Origin: Bacteroidota bacterium
GTDB lineage: Bacteria; Bacteroidota; Bacteroidia; AKYH767-A; 2013-40CM-41-45
Length of the DNA: 64,000 bases
Assembly (NCBI GenBank): GCA_043787975.1
Contig: JAYVUK010000016.1
Span: forward strand, 351 to 64,350
Direction: 5' to 3'
Positions within the stretch are counted from its first letter, which is position 1, and every line of letters starts with the position of its first letter. The position numbers were made by a program, and so were the translations under genes. A model generated the notes under the pieces. The model ran no database searches and had not been told where the DNA came from. It saw only the letters and a program-made list of their open reading frames with translations. Positions 50,701-61,200 of this stretch are shown here, piece after piece.

Positions 50701-51765
50701 ATCGTCAGAAGTACAAGCTAAACCATCGCTTGTTCCACCGCCTGTATTTGTTAAGTTCGTATGGAATACACCGGAAGGATTTGTACAACCATCTGCCGTA
50801 CAAGGGTTACCATCGTCTGTTGGAACATTTGTATGAGATACACCTGTTATAGGATCACAAGCATCTGCAGTACAAATATTGTTGTCATCAGAAGATGCAC
50901 CTGGGCTAGTTGTCCAGTTTACTGTATTCGATACACAACCTGCAGTCACAATTACATTATGAGGACCAACAGAAAGACCCGGAATATTAATCGTAGTTCC
51001 AGAAAAGGCAACACCAACACCTCCATCAAGAGAATACGTACCTGATGCTGAAAATCCTGAACCTGATAATGTAATTTGTGCAGAACCATTGCTCCCTCCT
51101 AAACAAACCGGAGGAGTGTTACCTGTAAGAGCCGCTGTTAAATTACAACCATTTAATTGAATTGCACAGGCAACTACACCCGATGCAGTACCAGTGGATG
51201 CACTGATTGGCTGAGACACTGTATTTCCATCTACATAAGATGTAGCAATACACTGTGTAAGACCACCACCCGATGCCATTTGAAGAGCAAAAGCAGGATT
51301 ACTATTCGCTGTCCATGCTGTCGTATTGGTAAAAGTAAATCGACCCACTTTAACCGGAACGCCAGGAGGCAATGTAGGCGCACTACCTTCTACAACCGGA
51401 CTTTCAGTAATTCTTAAATGATGCGTTGTAAGCGTGTGACTAACCGTGTACGCATTTGTGGTAAAGCCGGGTTGCGACAGGATAGGATCCTTCGATCCTG
51501 CCACAAACACATAAGCGCTTGCAGTGGGAGTACCACCATTTAGAATAGTCGCAGAGTAATTAACTCCAAATGAGCAACCACCTAATTTAACCTGCGAAGT
51601 ACCATCATTGGTAAGGTACAGATCGTAGGATACTGAGTTCGTTGTGGAAGAGCAGCCTTGTAATGTGAATGTAACATGGTTCTGTGAAAACCCTGCTAAA
51701 GACAGCAAAACAAAACACACCACTAACCACATTTTTCGTAACTGATTTGTTGATGTTGTTTTCAT
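47755..51765 (-). CDS. Large (1336 aa) secreted adhesin-like protein: tandem Dictyostelium-type Cys repeats (D-x-N-P-C-T-x-D-x-C), SprB-type repeats, Ig/PKD-like domains and T9SS C-terminal sorting domain
   Basis: Signal peptide. About seven 52-aa units of DDNNPCTADGCTEPTGVFHTNLTNTGGGTSDGLACTSDDCNNGVTVHNALPT. SprB-like GSGSYAPG...YTFTVTDNAGCSGT...YTVTITDNSGCTGTA. C-terminal MNAYPNPTSGKLNVTF...LKVVDLIGNVMM...GMYLLSIEREGAEIQTMRVVVQ. Confidence 0.85.
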   Translation of the reverse strand: MKTTSTNQLRKMWLVVCFVLLSLAGFSQNHVTFTLQGCSSTTNSVSYDLYLTNDGTSQVKLGGCSFGVNYSATILNGGTPTASAYVFVAGSKDPILSQPGFTTNAYTVSHTLTTHHLRITESPVVEGSAPTLPPGVPVKVGRFTFTNTTAWTANSNPAFALQMASGGGLTQCIATSYVDGNTVSQPISASTGTASGVVACAIQLNGCNLTAALTGNTPPVCLGGSNGSAQITLSGSGFSASGTYSLDGGVGVAFSGTTINIPGLSVGPHNVIVTAGCVSNTVNWTTSPGASSDDNNICTADACDPITGVSHTNVPTDDGNPCTADGCTNPSGVFHTNLTNTGGGTSDGLACTSDDCNNGVSVNNPISTNDNNPCTTDGCVEPTGVFHTNLTNTGGGSDDGLACTSDDCNNGVVVHNALPTDDNNPCTADGCTEPTGVFHTNLTNTGGGTSDGLACTSDDCNNGVTVHNALPTDDNNPCTADGCAEPTGVFHNNLTNIGGGSSDGLACTSDDCNNGVVVHNALPTNDNNPCTADGCTEPTGVFHNNLTNIGGGANDGLACTSDDCNNGVTVHNALPTNDNNPCTADGCTEPTGVFHTNLTNTGGGTSDGLVCTQDNCAAGNTVHPSVNTNDGNPCTADGCVEPTGVFHTSNPVLVTATPNAPIQCFGYSTCVNVSATGGSGSYAPGSTGLLCGYTAGDYTFTVTDNAGCSGTSGNVHLTEPDKIEGATSTTNSSCGGSTGTASVTPSGGSGTYTGYSWNSVPVQTTQTAIGLAAGTYTVTITDNSGCTGTATAVVVGVGAAPAQPSAIAGPAGACKGQVGIVYTVANVPGMTYAWTLPIGASGSSTTNSITVNYSLTYGGGFICVTATNACGTSSASCIPVPVITGRPAFPAQPAGPSLSVCGPTTVTYSIPPAANATSYVWTVTGTGFTLAAGQGSTTISVNVAAGFNSGQVRVYAVSCSGISGENSLFVYGAITSMPQQASFPNIGVCGGSTVQYCVSPFNGATSITWSGPAGSLINGLPTPQTLPGNTYCVNITFPVGFVSGNVSVYGSSGCGAGPVRVVAVRSTPLQPATLTGTASNLCGQSGVVYTVSAVAGATSYSWTVPAGATMASPNNTASLTMTVNYGAGFTNTGSVCVTAVNACGGGTARCLTVSARPDQPGAIAGSSSVCKSTAAGNYSVGPVAGVTYTWSITGGATVVGAGANATVNFTTATSNFATLTVTASNACGGAAAPRTLPISVNLLCRTANEAAIASEMNAYPNPTSGKLNVTFNASMKEKYTLKVVDLIGNVMMSQPSTAQAGANIQEIDLSSYAKGMYLLSIEREGAEIQTMRVVVQ
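49820..50895. repeat. Coding tandem repeat array, period ~156 bp, ~7 copies (Cys-repeat units of the 47755-51765 gene)
   Basis: Near-identical 52-aa units in the translation. The antisense ORF 49995..50354 shows the same periodicity. Coordinates are approximate. Confidence 0.75.
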
Positions 51766-51836
51766 ATTTGTTGATTTTTAGTTGATAGTTATTTAGTTGA
51801 TAGTTATTTGTTGTTCTTGTTATATTTTAATTCCGT

Positions 51837-52172
51837 TTAGAATGGCCTAGCAATGCCTACGAAGTTTGCATTGTTTGCATCCCAGATTGAGAAATCGTCA
51901 AGCGCTGTGTTGCCATCACCATTCAAATCGGTTGGATTGTATCCAAACGCAAAATTGGCATTATCAAAATCCCAAAGGGAGAAATCATCAAGGGCCACAT
52001 TCCCATCCTGGTTCATATCACCTGAATAGATAGCATAAACGGGAACACCGGCTATCGAATCTACTCTAACCATATTATTACCATACGCCTTATTTTGAGC
52101 AAAGGCAGAATTTGTAGCAAATAAGAGCATCAATGCTCCGATTACGAGATAACTTCTTTTCATTGTTTTCAT
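51837..52172 (-). CDS. Small secreted protein consisting of a pair of dockerin-like Ca-binding repeats; paralogue of the C-terminal 60 aa of the giant upstream protein
   Basis: Signal peptide MKTMKRSYLVIGALMLLFATNSAFAQ. DMNQDGNVALDDFSLWDFDNANFAFGYNPTDLNGDGNTALDDFSIWDANNANF is ~80% identical to DINQDENVALDDFSIWDLDNSNFAFGYNPTDLNGDGNTALDDFSIWDANNANF at the end of the 52262-62104 protein. The D-x-N-x-D-G-x-V-x-x-x-D loops are dockerin/EF-hand-like. Confidence 0.8.
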   Translation of the reverse strand: MKTMKRSYLVIGALMLLFATNSAFAQNKAYGNNMVRVDSIAGVPVYAIYSGDMNQDGNVALDDFSLWDFDNANFAFGYNPTDLNGDGNTALDDFSIWDANNANFVGIARPF

Positions 52173-52212
52173 TTTATTTTGAGATTATATTTTTCTCCAA
52201 AGGTAACCTGTG

Positions 52213-52246
52213 AAGTCATGGGCCTTGATTAAGGACCCATGACTTT
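52213..52246. promoter_or_regulatory. Intercistronic stem-loop between the giant gene and the dockerin-only gene
   Basis: AAGTCATGGGCC-TTGATTAA-GGACCCATGACTT, an 11-12 bp stem. On the transcribed minus strand it is not followed by a clean T-run, so it may be an attenuator or processing/stability element rather than a terminator. Confidence 0.4.
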
Positions 52247-52261
52247 TAGGTTAAATATTAA

Positions 52262-55200
52262 TTAAAATATAGGATGTGCGGAGAATACGAAGTTCGCATT
52301 GTTGGCATCCCAGATAGAGAAGTCATCAAGAGCGGTATTACCATCTCCGTTCAAATCCGTAGGGTTATAACCGAATGCAAAATTAGAGTTGTCCAAATCC
52401 CAGATAGAGAAGTCGTCCAAAGCCACGTTTTCATCCTGGTTTATATCACCCATATAGAAACACCATTTTGTACCATACAGTATCTGGTTATCCTGATATG
52501 CTTGATTCTGCGCAGTCGTGAAGTCATAATTAGTTATGGCAGCCAACGTAACCGGGTTGGTACTCCATGTCCAAATAGCACTTCTGTGTCTTACAGCAAT
52601 GTAATACGGTGTTCCGATAGCAGCTACCGAACAAGAACCGGTAACCTGACCGTTGGTACCGATCACAGCTTTGTAACTGTCAATCAAAGCAGGTATTCCA
52701 CTTCCAGGTGCTCCCGTTGCAGCGTGCAATTCAACAATAACAGTATCACACATCAGGTTGGTAGCACCCGGGATACTGAGATCGAACAAAGTAGAATCCA
52801 TTCTACCCCAATCAGAATGATAGTAACCTTCGAAGTATGCTTTCACGTTCACTACTGCGCCACCACCACAAGGAGTAGGTGTAATAGTAACTGAACCTGT
52901 TGCAGTACAACCCGCACCATTTGTTGCAATCACTGTATACACATGAGGACCTGCAGTTAAGCCGGTCGCTACCGGGTTAGCAATACTGGTACTGCTTAAG
53001 TTAGAAGCAGGCGACCATGCATAGGTGAAGACAAAGGCAGGATTATTAACACCACCTGCAATAGTCATCGTGAAATCATTTGTTACACCAAAACCTCCTA
53101 CGTTACATGCACTGGCTGCTGTAGAGAAACGAAGCGCCGTACGCAAACGCACCGGACCGTTATATGCACCCGGAGGCACTGTGAAGGTCACCGTAACATT
53201 TCCACCTGAAGGAACTGCAGTACTTGGAAGAATTGTTTCCAATGCATCTGTCAAAGTTCCATTCGTGTTATAGTCCATAAACACTGCAACATTCTCAGTG
53301 AAACCAGGATTATCATGTAAATAGATCTGGTAGGTAGTACCTGCAGTCAACGTGATTGTTGGCAATGCAGTCTGATCATTATATCCAGGTAATGGAGTAA
53401 ACAATGTATTGTATGACCACAGTACGGTGGCACCTGTTGCATCCTTGATTTTAACAGTGTCGGTGAAATCAGTACCATCAAAGCTGGCATAAGAAGGAAG
53501 ACAATATGCCGGGTTCGCATTGCTATGGAAAGTACCTTGTAATTGCGACGTCAGTGGAGCACAACCCGTTTGCGGTGTTGCAGTCACGCCATCCAGTAAA
53601 ACAGCCGGCGAATATGTTACAGTAATGGACGCGGTAGATGAGCAACCTGATGTCGTTCCTGATACAGTATAAGTAGTCGTTGTAATTGGTGTTGCAATAA
53701 CATCAGCAACGGTACTAGTATTCAGTCCGGTACCAGGGCTCCATACATAATCAGTAGCTCCATGACCATGCAGATGAACGGATCCTGAACCACAAAGTAA
53801 CAATGGCAGGGACTCATCAGCAGTGATCGTAACTGTTGGAGCCGGATTCACGGTAACACTAAGACCAGGAGCTGAAGTAGCTGTAGCCTGAGGTGAACAA
53901 TTGTCTGTTACAACAAGGTAATAGTTATGTAAACCAACAGGAGGTGAAATTACAAGAGGTACTCCTGTTCCAACTACCGGTCCGCCGATACCGTCTGTCC
54001 AAGTATATGAAGTATATGGCGCTCCGCCACCTGTTGCAGTACCATTCAGTGAAATAGTTGAACCGAAACAGATCGTAGGGTTATTCACAGTTGAAGTAAC
54101 TGTTAATGGAGCACCTACAGTAATTGTAATCGAAGACGTGCTGGTACATCCTTGTGCATTGGTAACCGTTACTGTATACGTAGTAGTCGTATTAACCGTA
54201 GCAACCGGGTTCGCAATTGTACTGTTACTCAAACCTGCAGCGGGACTCCATGAATATAAATTCGCTCCTGAAGGAACAGCAAATGTAACATTGATAGTCT
54301 GAGACGGGCCACCACACGATGCCGTATTCACACCACCCCAGTTATTCACCCCGATTGCAGGACGAATGTTATATCCAGGTGTTGTGCAGGTACATGTAGT
54401 TCCATCGGCAGACAATTCCATTGGTAAAGATCCCTGGCAAGCACCGTTTAGTGATCCGCAGGTATTTCCAACCATCCAGACAAACGCACCATCGGTAACG
54501 CTGGTTGTTACATGGTTGTGAAGAGCATTCGCCAAAGTCTGCGCATTTGCAGGTGTTGTCGCCGTTCTTCCGATCGCATCAAATGTTCCTGAAATAGTTA
54601 CACTTTGATAGGATGCAGGAACAAGCGCAGTACAGAAAGCATCCCATGCCTGGCACTGAGCCAAGGTAGGAGTTACTAACGTAGTGAATGAACCTGAATA
54701 CGAAACATTGGTTTGTACACTCGCACCCAACGTGGTTGTACTACCGGCACATACACTAAGGTTAGTGGCTGTAGCCGTTACATTGGATGACAACCCGCTT
54801 ATAACTGTAATAGAAGCAGTACTTGTACAACCCGTTGCTGTAGTTGTTCCCGTCACGGTATAAGTCGTAGTCGCAACAGGTGTTGCAACAGGATTAGAGA
54901 TACTGGTACTGCTAAGACCTAAAGCAGGTGTCCATGCATACGTATCAGCACCTGATCCGGTAAGTTGGATAGAGCCGATACCATTGCAAATCTGACCACT
55001 TTGTGTCACACTAACTGCTGTTCCGGGGAACACGTTTATTGTAGCTGTTGCAGTTGTCGTATTACCACAACCGTCAGAAACGGTAACTGTATAAGGTGTA
55101 GTCACCAACGGGTTCACAGTAATTGAAGTAGTAGTTGCACCTGTTGACCAGCTGTAGCTGTATGGTAAACCGCCACCGGCAACACCGGCAGTAATTGTAA

Positions 55201-58200
55201 CACTTGATCCGGGGCAAACAGTTCCGGAAGGAACTGGTGTAGGAGTTACAACAAGCGGCGCACCAACTATTAAATTAGCTTGTGTGCTTGCACTTTGACA
55301 TGTACCGCTTACGCAACGTGCATAGAACGGATATGTACCAGCTGGAGAGTTGATTCCAGGATTATAAGGCGATCCTGTTGCCACCTGGGTTCCACCAACA
55401 CTTGCATCATACCATGCAACGGTTGACACCGGTGCAGTAAAGTAATATTGTAACGTAGCAGTTGCAGGGAAAGCCGCATCAGGTCCTCCGGTGTTATCAT
55501 TGAAAGACTCGCTATACGTAATGTTCACTGAACCACCGGCAGGGTTTAACAAGTTCACAAGAGTAATTGAATCGGCAGCAGTACCACCACCACCGGTGAT
55601 CCATGTTGTTCCACCGGTCCAGGTAGTCAATGTTGATCCCTGGAAGCAAGGCGATGTTCCGATAATTCCGGAACCGTTGAATGCAAGACGTATCTCACTT
55701 CCAAACGTACCCGTAACAACCTGTGTAATTCCGTTGATGATAAGATGTGCGCCAATAACGGTTACACCCGGAGGCGTTGCAGGAAGAGTGAATGTTGCGA
55801 TGGTATTGATTCCAGGACATAATCCCTCATCAGAAGAAGGATTGGTTAAAGGAATCGTGATAGAACCTGATAATACACCACTCAAACAAGAAGCCGTTAA
55901 ATTCTGTGCAGTCGTTGATCCACCAAGACACTGATTGTAACCGGTCACTGTAGGAGCTGTAGGAATTGCATCTACCGTAATGGTCTGTGAAGCAGTTGCA
56001 TTACATCCTAATGTAGTATATCCTGTAACGGTATAGGTAGTTGTAGCAGAAGGGCTGGCATTTACAGGAGATCCTGTAGTTGCATCTAACCCTAAAGCAG
56101 GCGCCCATGTATAGTTACCTGATCCGCTCGCTGTAAGCTGAACTGATCCTGACACGCAATAACGTGCAGCAGCAGGTACCGGAGAAACAGTAATCACATC
56201 CGGAGCAACTACGCTAAATGTAAAGTTAGTACAACCTGAAGAAGCACCAAATGTATTTCTTGGCTCAATTCTCCATGAATACGTACCTGACGTCAATGCA
56301 CCTGTTGTGAAGGTAAGTCCAGCCTGTGCAGAAGAAATCAATGTAGCTGCCGGAGGGCCGCCAGCACTGAAATACACGTCGTAACTTGTTGCGCTGAAAG
56401 CAGCTGGCCAGCTTAGTGTAACCGGGCCTGTACAAACAGTACTTCCTGTTGCAGGAGTTGTTGGAGCCGGGATACAAGGAGGAACGGCAGCATTGATACA
56501 AATATCAAATGTAGAACCGATTCCACCTGAACCTGCAGCGGCATCGTACACTCTCACGAAATACCTGTTTCCGACTACAAGACCACCGACAATTGCGCTT
56601 TCAGTAGCACCTGCTCCTGTAAGGTTACGGCAAAGAATGCTTGTTTTTGTACCGCAGTTTCCAGGAGATACTCCTGCATCCCAAACTTCAAATACGGGGT
56701 TGTAACCACCGTTTCCGGTTACTGTAATGGATGCGCTTGTATTGATCGCATCGAAACTGTACCATACATCATCATCGGCAATACCGTTGCAAGATACTTC
56801 GGCAGAAGCAGTAGCAGCGCTTGTTACAACACCGTTTATTGCATTCTGTGAACATACACCTGCGGTTACCGTTCCCGGTACGCAGGTAGAATTTGTTAAG
56901 TTAGTTAAGCGGATTGCTGTAGCACATTCGTCATTCGCGGCTTTTGCAAATACGATGATACCAAATTCACCTGTTGGTCCCCAATCAGGACTTTCTATTG
57001 AAACAGTAGGAGCAGATGTGTAATTATTTCCACCCGCACCAAGAGTAATTGAAGTTACAGCTCCTGCTCCGATATTTATATATGCCGAAGCATTTGAACC
57101 GCCACCACCTGAGAACGTCACACGTGATGAACTAGCAACTCCTAATGTACCACCTACGGTATAGTTTGAACCAGGATTTGTAATGGTAAATCCTGATACA
57201 GAAGTACCTGTTAAGATAGCAGTCGCAGTTGCAGTAGTTCCGGTCTGGTTATGATAAACACGCGCATAATACGTAGCCCCCGGAGATAAACCGGACATAT
57301 TAGCCACCACCGTCAAACCTATTGTACCCAATTGGCACTGAGGAGTGGACAATGGTAAATAAGACGCATCTAAGATTTGTAATTTCGGAATATAACCTCC
57401 TGAAGCATAGATTTTAACCTGCATGCTAGGGTCATTCGCAACAAACGAGAACCATACATCTTTCGAGTTTGGTAACGCATCGCACGTTGAAACATCCACT
57501 GAAGGAGTTGCATAACGGGTTGTAAAGAAGTTTGATGAATTGGTTGTATTGTTCCATGCAATGTTTGTAGGGAATGCCGTTAAAGCAGGCAACGGAATCG
57601 GGTTGAACGACTCATCGTTATCAGGAGCCGTAGGAACAGGAATAGAATAGCCACCATAAACTCCCGGTGTAAATTTGATTCTACTATGCGGATCCGGAGA
57701 AATTGCCAAACTATTCACACCTACGTTTGCAGCTGCAGTGGCAATGGTATCAAAAGCATTCTTATTTTCAAATTGCTGCGCAAAAACTTCACCTTTCTTT
57801 GGTGCTGCCGAAATAACCGCTCCGTTTAAACCACATGAATAGGAATACCGGAGATTCACCGTACCGTTATACAACTGCATGTTGCCATAATTGTAAGCAA
57901 TGCTGTTATCAGTTTCATCCAATACAATTTGGAAATAAAGCTCTGGCCCGAGATTTCCGAATGCAGTCATCTTCCACCATTCAGCAGTTATTTTTCTGCT
58001 ACCAATAGGATCGGAAGAAATATAATAACGCATCGCACTAGGGATCTGAGCTGTCGTATTCGGATTCGTAGTAAGGTCATCCCAAAACGCAGCAAGACAA
58101 TTATTAAGTGTACCGCTTCCAATTTGGTTGAGCCAGGTTGAGTAGGTTGGAGAAGCAAAGAAGTTTTGCAAAATAACATATCCATTTGTACATGCTCTGA

Positions 58201-61200
58201 AACCGGTAACGGTAACTCCCTGGTATTGGAAAGTAGAAGAAGGTATTGTCACAACATTTGACACACCATCATCAGAACTTGCTATACCTGAATATACAAG
58301 CCCTGTTCCATCACCACCCTGCACAACGGGCATGATTGAGTTAAAATTAACAGCATTGGATTTTGCAACACTGAATGACAACGGCGTTAGCGGAGTAAAA
58401 CCCGTAGTTGCCCAGGCATAATAATCATCTCCTGTAGGAGCGATCGGACCCGGAGCAACTGTAGCGGTCGTCCTGGAACCTGGAGTAACGAGAGCACCCG
58501 CTGCTGCTGCCGTGCTTCTTACTGTCCATGGACCTGTTGTTGCCGTACCATTGCAGGCGAATAATTTATCGTTATCTGAAGCCAATCCATCACTTGAATT
58601 AAAGTTCATCGTGATGGTCGGGTTGAGACCGAATACAGACGCTCCGAAAGAACCTGCGTTAGCAACGGCTCTGAAACTTCGGTTACCAATTGGTGTACCT
58701 GAAGGAGAAACCGTTCCTGTCGGAGCAGCTGCATCACTTACTGTAACCGTAGTAGTGGTGCTTCCGGTGGTAACCGCTGTAGGAGTGCTACCCGCAAACC
58801 ATCCAAAAGTACCTGAAAAAGGAAAGCTAAACGTGCTTGCTCCTCCTCTTCCTATCACGGTCATGGAGCCATTTTTAATAAATGCATTTGACGCACCAAA
58901 AGTACTTGCTTGACCGGCATAGCCATTCCAGGAGAATTTCAAATTATTACCACCTAAATCCAGTACGTTACCCGGTGTATTCAAACTACCAAACAACACA
59001 AGCGGCGGTGGAGGGAAAGTACCAAATGCCGGAGGTGTATTTGTAGCTGTTGCTGAACCTATCAACGTCAGGTTACCATTTAAAATTAGTCCATTTCCAT
59101 TACCATTTAAAAACAATGCATGCATCTTCCTGCTGGCAGGAATATAAGCATCATCTAATTGAGCAGGGGAAGTTGTTGCAGGAGCAAAAAAGTTAAGAAT
59201 CAACTCGTAACCTGCAATACGTACCGATGGATTCGTTGCAATAGTGGTATAAGTACCTCCTGTTAGAGTTCCTGATCCGATACCAAAAGCACATGAAGGA
59301 GCAACCACATAACCGTAGCCGGAGTTCGTAATGTTAAAGCTTAATATCTGGCCAGTCGCCCCGATGACAGGAGTAGCCGCAGGGAAGCAGTTTGCAGGGA
59401 ATGCAAGCGTCGCTGTTCCTGAACTAAATGCTAAGGTCGGAGGCGTGATGTATGTTTTTGTTACAGTCGTAGCCACATATACGGAAACAATCTTTCCTGA
59501 ATTGACCGTAATGGTAAAATCAGTGCTTAACAAAGCTGTTGCGCCGGCAGGTTGAGTACCGCCAGTTACCGTAATTGTTGGTGCAGTAGTATAACCTGAG
59601 CCCGTGTTTGTAACTAAGTTCAATGCTGTAGGAGGTGAGAAACCAACCTGCGGGGCAATGGAGTAGTTATTACCGCCACCCGTAGTAAACAAGGCACCAA
59701 CACCGGAACTATTTTGAGGATCCGCACTCAACGCATTTACACCTTGATCACTATTAATAGTAAGACCTCCTGTAACTGTACCTTCACCCGATTTTTGAAT
59801 GAGCATCATACTGAACCCGGCAACACTATACGGAACTACAGCTGTAGCTGCCGCAGCCGATCCTGTAGCATTTGGAACAATTACAATTGCAGGACCTGTA
59901 GAAGAAGCATATCCTGTACCTGCGTTTAGCAAGTTTGCGCTACGCACTGTTGAGGTAGCAGCATCCCAATTTACTGAAATCTGTGCTGGCGTACCTACAT
60001 AACGGAAACTACCAACAACTCCTGATACATGAGTAGGAGGGGCAATTCCTTGTGCAGTTGTAAGGACAGCAGTATATAAGTTACCTCCGTAAAAATATTG
60101 TGTTCCTACGGTTAGTGCAGTCGTAATGTACGGATTGCCAATTGTACCGGCAGGCCCTACCCATAAAAATACCGCTGTACCACCTGTAGCGGTAGCTGTA
60201 CCACTGGTGTGGGTCGGAGCGGAAGTACCCGAAGTACCTGCAGTAGAACATACATAAATATCTGTTGTAGTTGTACGCACGTTACCTATCGCCAATGAAA
60301 CACTTGGTACCCAAAGAGCGGAACCCGCACAAGAAGGAATAGGAGCAACGGTATAACCACCACCCATATTTGTAACGACAACATTAGCAACCATGATATT
60401 GAGCGGGCGACCAAAAATTAAGGCCGTATTATCAAATTTTAACAAGCCATTGGTGTTTAAAGAACCTGCTGTTTGAGTTTCCTGTTGAGAAATTGTTAAT
60501 GGCGTAGATGTATTGATTACGTTATTTCCTGAAAACGAAGTAAAACCTTTGATAATACCCCTTGTTCCATCACCTTCAAAGGTACCGGTTCCGTCAAGCG
60601 TGGAAGCAGTACCGTTAAATGTTAAAAAACCGATTGCATAATTCACATACCCATTGTTAGTAAAATTACCGGCTACGTTCACTGTTGGACCCGCCAAAGC
60701 AGTTGTATATGGTAAAAATTTACCACCTGCATTGATTAATACGTTACCGGACATTGATAAAGTGTTTGTGTTGGTAGCATTCCACTGAAGTTGACCGCTA
60801 ACAGTAAGATTAGTCACATTCGCAACCTGATCAACCGTTACAGTTGAACCTGCAGAAATAACAACATTGTCAGTAATTGCAGGCACCGCACCACCCCATG
60901 TAGCAGGACTGCTCCATAATCCACCAAGTGCAATAGAACTTACGAAAGCAGGTGTGGTTTGTGTCCCTGAAACAAAAGTCCCAAAATAAAGAGGACCTCC
61001 GCTACATAAACTATTCATAGAATATACATAGAAATCGTATGTCGTAGACAACGTCAAACCTGTAGCATTAAATGAAGTGGCAGCGCCAGTCGAAACAACA
61101 GTTCCCCCATCACCTCCAATATTTCCACCTATTGAATAAGAAGTTCCATTAACAGGAGTATTATGAGCAGCTCCGGTTGCGTATCTTACCGTTAAATAAC

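Noticed and set aside
49820-50895. Possible CRISPR array (regular tandem repeats)
   Set aside because: There are no spacer-like unique segments. The whole array is one continuous coding frame producing Cys-repeat modules, and no cas genes are nearby.
52274-59929. Multiple 70-200-aa plus-strand ORFs inside the giant gene (for example 52274..52894, 55491..55934, 58512..58913)
   Set aside because: Antisense ORFs within a GC-skewed Thr/Gly/Ala-rich coding region. They have no start context or signal, so they are spurious.
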